From positions 2,560,001 through 2,624,000 of the forward strand of contig CAVUSO010000001.1 of the NCBI GenBank assembly GCA_963744145.1: a stretch of 64,000 nt of DNA, read 5' to 3'. Below the pieces are notes generated by a model. That model worked only from the letters and a program-made list of their open reading frames with translations, did not search any database and had not been told where the DNA came from. A program made the position numbers and the translations under genes. Every line of letters begins with the position of its first letter. Within the stretch, counting starts at the first letter, position 1. The stretch is from an uncultured cyanobacterium. Lineage in GTDB: Bacteria > Cyanobacteriota > Cyanobacteriia > Cyanobacteriales > CAWUOF01. Below, one piece after another: positions 58,755 through 64,000 of this stretch.

Positions 58755-59384
58755 TTAACCTGGATTACCCATCTCTAATTTTCCTAACACAATTAAGCTT
58801 TCTAAATCTTCTAAAGCATCGGGAAGATAAGTTTTTACAACTTTTCTTACTAATTGTAAAGCCCTATCATTAGCGCATCCCAACATCCGACTCAGATCAC
58901 CAATATCAATACCACGACTAGCCTGTAATTTCATTAAAACTAGATAAGGTAACTCAATCACAGGTAACCCATCAGGAGCATGATTAGGTTTGCTCATTGC
59001 TTCTGTTACCCAAGATTGATTTGATTCAATTACATCTAAATAAGTCCCATCAGGTAATTGCCAAGTGCTACCACCAATGCTAAGGTCTGCAATCTTTATA
59101 CTACCTTTTGCGGCTAATTGTTGGTAGATATTGACCGCATCTTGAGCAAATACTAAAATATCTAAATCATCAGTCATCCGTTCGGGCATATAAAGACGAG
59201 TAGCAATCCCACCTACTACTACAAAAGGAACATTTTGGAGAAGGGCTTTTATATTAGTCACAGTCCGCTTCCAAGTTCTGCTATTTAAAAATTCTAAACT
59301 ACTACCTCGACCAGGACGACATCGACGTAGGGCAATTTCTATATATAGTTTGCGTCTTTGTTCTGGCAGCTTTAGATTTAGCAT
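58755..59384 (-). CDS. Stand-alone nucleotidyltransferase (Pol-beta superfamily, AbiEii/MNT-like)
   Basis: VVVGGIAT..YMPERMTDDLDILV, later LVLMKL...DIGDL. Confidence 0.72.
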   Translation of the reverse strand: MLNLKLPEQRRKLYIEIALRRCRPGRGSSLEFLNSRTWKRTVTNIKALLQNVPFVVVGGIATRLYMPERMTDDLDILVFAQDAVNIYQQLAAKGSIKIADLSIGGSTWQLPDGTYLDVIESNQSWVTEAMSKPNHAPDGLPVIELPYLVLMKLQASRGIDIGDLSRMLGCANDRALQLVRKVVKTYLPDALEDLESLIVLGKLEMGNPG

Positions 59385-59398
59385 TTTTTCGCCTAGTG

Positions 59399-60316
59399 CT
59401 AATGTTGATGATCGTGATTATAAAAAATTCTTGCCCCCGCCCAATTGAGCTTTTCTCGTAGAGTTCGGTAATAGGAAAAATCCTCTCGCAAAATGATAAA
59501 CTTGGCTCGACAATCAGCCATTTTCACATCCACCCGATGTCCTGGCCAAATCGGAGTGGCCAGGGTGCCATCCATCCATAACTTGTTATGCAAATTGTGA
59601 TCAACTAATGGCCAAATACTCACCACCGAACCAGCTGGTAAAACAATCGGACGACTAGAAAGACTCAAAGGACAAATTGGTGTAACCGCGATCGCTTCCA
59701 TCCCATCGTGGATAATTGGCCCATTAGCAGAAACCGTATAACAAGTAGAACCAGTGGGAGTCGCGACAATCAAACCATCCCCCTGATACTGATCTATCAC
59801 CTCATTATCAATTTCCATTTCTAAAATCGCCGTAATCATCCGATCGGCAGCCGCAGGTTTCACACACATCTCATTCAAAGCCAAAAAGCGATCGCTCATC
59901 GGCTCTCCTGGGCCACGTCCAGCAAACACGGTTGCTTGTAACATCATGCGTCGTTGTAGAGCATAGCGATCTTCTAACAACCGCTCCCACACCTGCTCCG
60001 TATCCTTAAATATTTCTAAAGACTCCGTTAAAAACCCCAAATGTCCGCCCGCGTTGATCGCCAAAATCGGAATTCCATCGGTCGCCAAATGTCTAGCCGC
60101 AGCTAATGCAGTGCCATCTCCACCCAATACTAAGGCGAGATCAATTTTTTGCATGGTTGATGCCAAAAAAACCGGGTAGGGATTATCTGTAGCCCCACTC
60201 GGTCCAACCAAAACGTGACAGCCGCGATTTTCTAATTGACGGGCACACTGTTCAGCCCAACGCTTACTTAGGGAATCTCCGGCTTTATAGGCAATAATGA
60301 CTTGGTTTAGCTCCAC
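59399..60316 (-). CDS. nadK: NAD(+) kinase
   Basis: LGGDGT, GHLGFL, LNE, GDGLIVATPTGSTCYTVSANGP. Confidence 0.95.
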   Translation of the reverse strand: MELNQVIIAYKAGDSLSKRWAEQCARQLENRGCHVLVGPSGATDNPYPVFLASTMQKIDLALVLGGDGTALAAARHLATDGIPILAINAGGHLGFLTESLEIFKDTEQVWERLLEDRYALQRRMMLQATVFAGRGPGEPMSDRFLALNEMCVKPAAADRMITAILEMEIDNEVIDQYQGDGLIVATPTGSTCYTVSANGPIIHDGMEAIAVTPICPLSLSSRPIVLPAGSVVSIWPLVDHNLHNKLWMDGTLATPIWPGHRVDVKMADCRAKFIILREDFSYYRTLREKLNWAGARIFYNHDHQH

Positions 60317-60320
60317 CTAA

Positions 60321-60632
60321 TTACCATTTCAGCAGATTAAATTGCTCCATATCTACAGTATCACGATTCCGATAAATTGCTAAAACGATCGCCAAACCCA
60401 CCGCCGCTTCAGCCGCAGCAACCGTAATCACAAATACTGTAAATACCTGACCCTTAATTTCTTGGGGATCTAAAAAATTAGAAAAAGCCATCAAATTCAG
60501 ATTAACTGCATTCAGCAATAGCTCCACTGACATCAGCACTCGCACCGCATTACGACTAATAATTAAACCGTAAATTCCGATACAAAATAGCGCCGCCCCC
60601 AGGAGCAAAAAATATTGAAGTTGCAAAACCAT
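60321..60632 (-). CDS. ndhE: NDH-1 subunit E (NuoK)
   Basis: [36 protein letters not shown]. Confidence 0.96.
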   Translation of the reverse strand: MVLQLQYFLLLGAALFCIGIYGLIISRNAVRVLMSVELLLNAVNLNLMAFSNFLDPQEIKGQVFTVFVITVAAAEAAVGLAIVLAIYRNRDTVDMEQFNLLKW

Positions 60633-60754
60633 GAAACTCCTAGTAATTAATTAGAGTTAACTGCGATCGGATCGTTTCTCATCACCGATTAGGTGGAAAA
60701 ATCTGGTCAGGGCGTATTACCCTACGCCCCTACGGGATATTCAGTTATTTTGAT

Positions 60755-61369
60755 TCACTGATTTGGGGGTTCACTGATCGATGAGACTAGCTCACGCGGA
60801 CGTTCAGGCAATTTTAATGCTTGAGAACGATTTTGTTCCACCAAAGTTTCTTCTGGCAAAAATTCTCGCCGCGCCAACATAATTGCACCGATCATGGCAA
60901 TTAACAACAGCACCGATGCTAACTCAAAGGGCAGCAAAAAGTCTGTAAAAAAATGTTTCCCAATGGTGACAATTGCCTCATTCCCGATCGCCCGAGCCGG
61001 GTCTAATGGCCAGGGAGTGCCCACAGCCATTGCCCCTAACAGGACAAAAATTCCCACACAAACTAGAGCTGTTGCAGTTTTCCGAATCCATGAGTTGGCG
61101 ATCGGCGCAAAATCTTCCCGTTTATTTACCAACATAATGGCAAATAAAATCAGGACATTAACCGCTCCGATATAGATCAAAACCTGGGCAACTGCTACAA
61201 AATCCGCATTCAGCAATAAGTAAATCCCAGCAATACTAATAAATACGCCCCCCAACAAAAAAGCTGAGTAGACAATATTGGTAAACAGGACAACACCTAA
61301 AGCTGAACCAATCAGCATCAGCGTCAATATCCCAAACGAAACTAGCTGAACCCCTTCTCCTAGATTCAC
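60755..61369 (-). CDS. ndhG: NDH-1 subunit G (NuoJ)
   Basis: NIVYSAFLL, AQVLIYIGAVNVLILFAIML, LLPFELASVLLL. Confidence 0.96.
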   Translation of the reverse strand: MNLGEGVQLVSFGILTLMLIGSALGVVLFTNIVYSAFLLGGVFISIAGIYLLLNADFVAVAQVLIYIGAVNVLILFAIMLVNKREDFAPIANSWIRKTATALVCVGIFVLLGAMAVGTPWPLDPARAIGNEAIVTIGKHFFTDFLLPFELASVLLLIAMIGAIMLARREFLPEETLVEQNRSQALKLPERPRELVSSISEPPNQ

Positions 61370-61403
61370 AATTTTTTTGTCCTTTGCTAATTAATGACCG
61401 GTA

Positions 61404-61988
61404 CTATTTTTCTATTTGTTCAAGAATTTCTTCAGGACGCTGACCAGCACGACGAGCATCGCTGGGTAAGTCGTGGGGATCTAAAACCCCTTTGGGTAAA
61501 TAGACTAATTCGCGCAACGGAGTCACCATTGGATCATTCGTCACCTTATAGGGTAAACGTCCCAGGGCGACGCTATCATAATTTAATTCATGGCGATCGT
61601 AAGCAGCCAACTCATATTCTTCTGTCATTGACAAACAATTGGTCGGGCAATATTCCACACAATTGCCACAAAAGATACAGACACCAAAGTCAATGCTGTA
61701 GTGTTTGAGCTTTTTCTTTTTGGTTTCTTTATTAAATTCCCAATCAACCACGGGTAGATTGATCGGACAAACCCGAACACAAACTTCACAAGCGATACAC
61801 TTATCAAATTCAAAATGAATCCGACCGCGAAACCTTTCGGACGGAATTAGTTTTTCATAGGGATATTGAACCGTAATTGGTCGTCTCCGCATATGGTCAA
61901 AGGTAACCGACAATCCTTGACCGATGTGTTTAGCAGCTTGTACGGTTTCTTTAGTGTAATCACTAACTTGCTGGAGGAATTTGAGCAT
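61404..61988 (-). CDS. ndhI: NDH-1 subunit I (NuoI)
   Basis: TVQYPYEK; two CxxCxxCxxxCP 4Fe-4S motifs. Confidence 0.97.
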   Translation of the reverse strand: MLKFLQQVSDYTKETVQAAKHIGQGLSVTFDHMRRRPITVQYPYEKLIPSERFRGRIHFEFDKCIACEVCVRVCPINLPVVDWEFNKETKKKKLKHYSIDFGVCIFCGNCVEYCPTNCLSMTEEYELAAYDRHELNYDSVALGRLPYKVTNDPMVTPLRELVYLPKGVLDPHDLPSDARRAGQRPEEILEQIEK

Positions 61989-62047
61989 GGTTGTTTCTCA
62001 CTCTTATCAATAATTAGTAATGGTAATTGCGATTCACCTCTGAGCCA

Positions 62048-63175
62048 TTACCCACCAAAAGCAAAGGGAAATGCTAGTTTCAGTGCTGCTGTTAACAGCA
62101 GGTTGACTAGTGCTACTGGGAGGAGAAATTTCCAACCAAGATCTAATAACTGGTCAATCCGCACCCTTGGTACAGTCCAGCGCATTAAAATCGCTAGGAA
62201 TACGAAAAAGTAAGCCTTCAGTAGGGTCATGGTAATGCCGAGGATGGAAGTGATTAGTTGTAACCAAGGAGTGGTTTCACTAATTCCTAACCAACCAGCT
62301 AATACTTCTACTGGAATGGGAAATCCCCAACCACCTAGATATAAAACCGCAACTAACAGGGAAGAAAGGACTAAGTTTACATAAGAACCTAAGTAAAACA
62401 GAGCAAATTTCATCCCTGAATACTCAGTTTGATAACCTGCAACTATTTCTTCTTCAGCTTCAGGAAGGTCAAAAGGTAATCTTTCGCATTCTGCTAAAAC
62501 CGCAATCCAAAAGATGATAAAGCCAACTGGTTGACGCCAAATATTCCAACTGAGAATTCCATAACCAGATTGCTGGTTGACTATCTCAATGGTGCTGAGA
62601 CTATTGGACATCATCACGATCGCTAGTACCGCTAGCGCTAAGGGAATTTCATAACTAATCGACTGTGCGGCTGCCCGTAATCCTCCGAGCAGTGAATATT
62701 TATTATTGGAAGCATATCCAGACATCAGCAAGCCAATGGGCTGAATACTAGATAGGGCAATCCACAAAAACACTGCCATGTTCAGATCGGCAATCAGCAA
62801 ATTTTGCCCAAAGGGAACGATCAAATAGGACAAAAACACTGGGATCACGACGATAATCGGTCCCATCGTGAACAGGAATGGATCTGCTTTAGCTGGAGCG
62901 ATGTCCTCTTTGAATAGGAGTTTGAGACCATCAGCTACTGGGGCTAGGACTCCTAATGGGCCAATATATTCGGGGCCGATCCGTTGTTGCACCGCAGCAG
63001 AAATTTTTCGTTCTAGCCAAACTGCAATTAGTACACCTACGGTAGAGCCAATCAAAATTACTAACATGGGCAGTGGGAGCCATAAGGTTTTGGCTACATC
63101 CCCTGGGAAGCCCAAATCTGTCAGGGCTTGAATAAAACTTCCTTGTAAGTCAATTCCTGGGTTCATGGTTAACAC
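62048..63175 (-). CDS. ndhA: NDH-1 subunit A (NuoH)
   Basis: [39 protein letters not shown]; start probably ATG 63166. Confidence 0.97.
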   Translation of the reverse strand: MLTMNPGIDLQGSFIQALTDLGFPGDVAKTLWLPLPMLVILIGSTVGVLIAVWLERKISAAVQQRIGPEYIGPLGVLAPVADGLKLLFKEDIAPAKADPFLFTMGPIIVVIPVFLSYLIVPFGQNLLIADLNMAVFLWIALSSIQPIGLLMSGYASNNKYSLLGGLRAAAQSISYEIPLALAVLAIVMMSNSLSTIEIVNQQSGYGILSWNIWRQPVGFIIFWIAVLAECERLPFDLPEAEEEIVAGYQTEYSGMKFALFYLGSYVNLVLSSLLVAVLYLGGWGFPIPVEVLAGWLGISETTPWLQLITSILGITMTLLKAYFFVFLAILMRWTVPRVRIDQLLDLGWKFLLPVALVNLLLTAALKLAFPFAFGG

Positions 63176-63450
63176 TTAACTTGCTTTGTGAAGATTTCTT
63201 ACTACTTCACAAATTCCAGTATATAGCTCGATTGTGTTTCCGAACCGATCGAGTCAGATGTTAACAATTTTAGCAACCGTTTTTGGTGCCTAGAGCAATT
63301 GACAAACTCACATTTTTCTTTCTGATTGATACCATATAGAAAAGTTGATAGTAATTGATCTGCAATGCCGATCGCCCAAAAATAGACCCTTAGCATCATG
63401 AATCTAAGGGTCAAATTTCACCAAAATCAATTCTCTTTCAACTCAGGAGA

Positions 63451-64000
63451 TTAGCGTTTTTCAATGGGAATATAGGGTGCCTCGTGCAAACCAGTATAAA
63501 TTTGGGTCGGACGGAAAATCCGGTTTTCCGCTAACTGTTCTTTCCAATGAGCTAACCATCCTGCTACACGTGCGATCGCAAAAATTGGTGTAAATAGATC
63601 GATGGGAATACCCAATTTCCGATAAACCAGTCCTGAATAGAAATCTACGTTTGCGTAAATTCCTTTTGAACCGAGTTTTTCTTCCACGACTCGTTCTAGT
63701 TCTAAGGCTATATCATAGTATTCATCATGGCCAAATTTTTCAAACAGTTTTTCGGCCAGGTTTTGCAGGATCGTGGCTCGTGGATCTTTAACTTTGTAAA
63801 CTCGGTGACCAAAACCCATAATTTTGGATTTGTTTTCCACACATTTTTCTATGTAGGGACGGACATTTTCCACTGAGCCAATTGTTTCCAACATTTCAAT
63901 TACTTCTTCATTTGCTCCACCATGCAATGGACCGCCCAAAGTTCCTACCGCTGAAGCTACTACTGCATAAGGATCAGTCAGGGTGGATGCTGTCACCCGT
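63451..64000 (-). CDS. gltA: Citrate synthase (partial; 5' part outside the window)
   Basis: GPLHGGANE, MGFGHRVYK..DPR, ANVDFYSG, RIFRPTQIY. Confidence 0.96.
   Translation of the reverse strand, partial: RVTASTLTDPYAVVASAVGTLGGPLHGGANEEVIEMLETIGSVENVRPYIEKCVENKSKIMGFGHRVYKVKDPRATILQNLAEKLFEKFGHDEYYDIALELERVVEEKLGSKGIYANVDFYSGLVYRKLGIPIDLFTPIFAIARVAGWLAHWKEQLAENRIFRPTQIYTGLHEAPYIPIEKR

Noticed and set aside
57943..58991. 20-bp near-repeat (18/20) encoding KPNHAP in both the long DUF488 tail and the NTase
   Set aside because: Short, lies within unrelated coding contexts, no extended similarity; cannot be distinguished from chance.
63202..63414. 70-aa ORF between gltA and ndhA
   Set aside because: No recognisable family; probably the ndhA promoter region.
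1..64000. tRNA, rRNA, prophage or integrase genes
   Set aside because: No tRNA T-loop/cloverleaf, rRNA-like sequence, phage structural gene or recombinase was recognised by eye; a tRNAscan/Infernal run would be needed to exclude small RNAs.

Overview
Chromosomal window from a cyanobacterium: the HIP1 octamer GCGATCGC is abundant, and it carries ndhA/I/G/E, cyAbrB, fibrillin and pentapeptide-repeat kinase genes. Most genes are housekeeping (surE, pheT, ssuADCB, nrdR, rpsA, metK, recQ, aas, pdhC, nth, rpsN, aat, pyrR, fni, sppA, nadK, ndh genes, gltA). Accessory content: (i) two convergent filamentous-haemagglutinin-domain exoproteins, one with seven near-identical, loop-variable beta-propeller repeats and a C-terminal CHAT (caspase-like) domain; (ii) a triple-TIR/transmembrane/14xWD40 receptor-like protein; (iii) an ~8.7 kb conflict-type island (50.7-59.4 kb) with segments bounded by HIP1-containing repeats. 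The island holds alkB, a DUF433/DUF5615 toxin-antitoxin pair split by an uncharacterised three-gene cassette (DUF3467-like, unknown, ART-like toxin), an orphan DNA methyltransferase, an Rpn-like gene, a DUF488-DUF488-dual-OB operon and a stand-alone nucleotidyltransferase. Several REP/MITE-like repeats and gene remnants are present, and cbiB has an in-frame stop. No tRNA, rRNA or CRISPR array was seen. All family assignments come from motif recognition by eye, not database searches.
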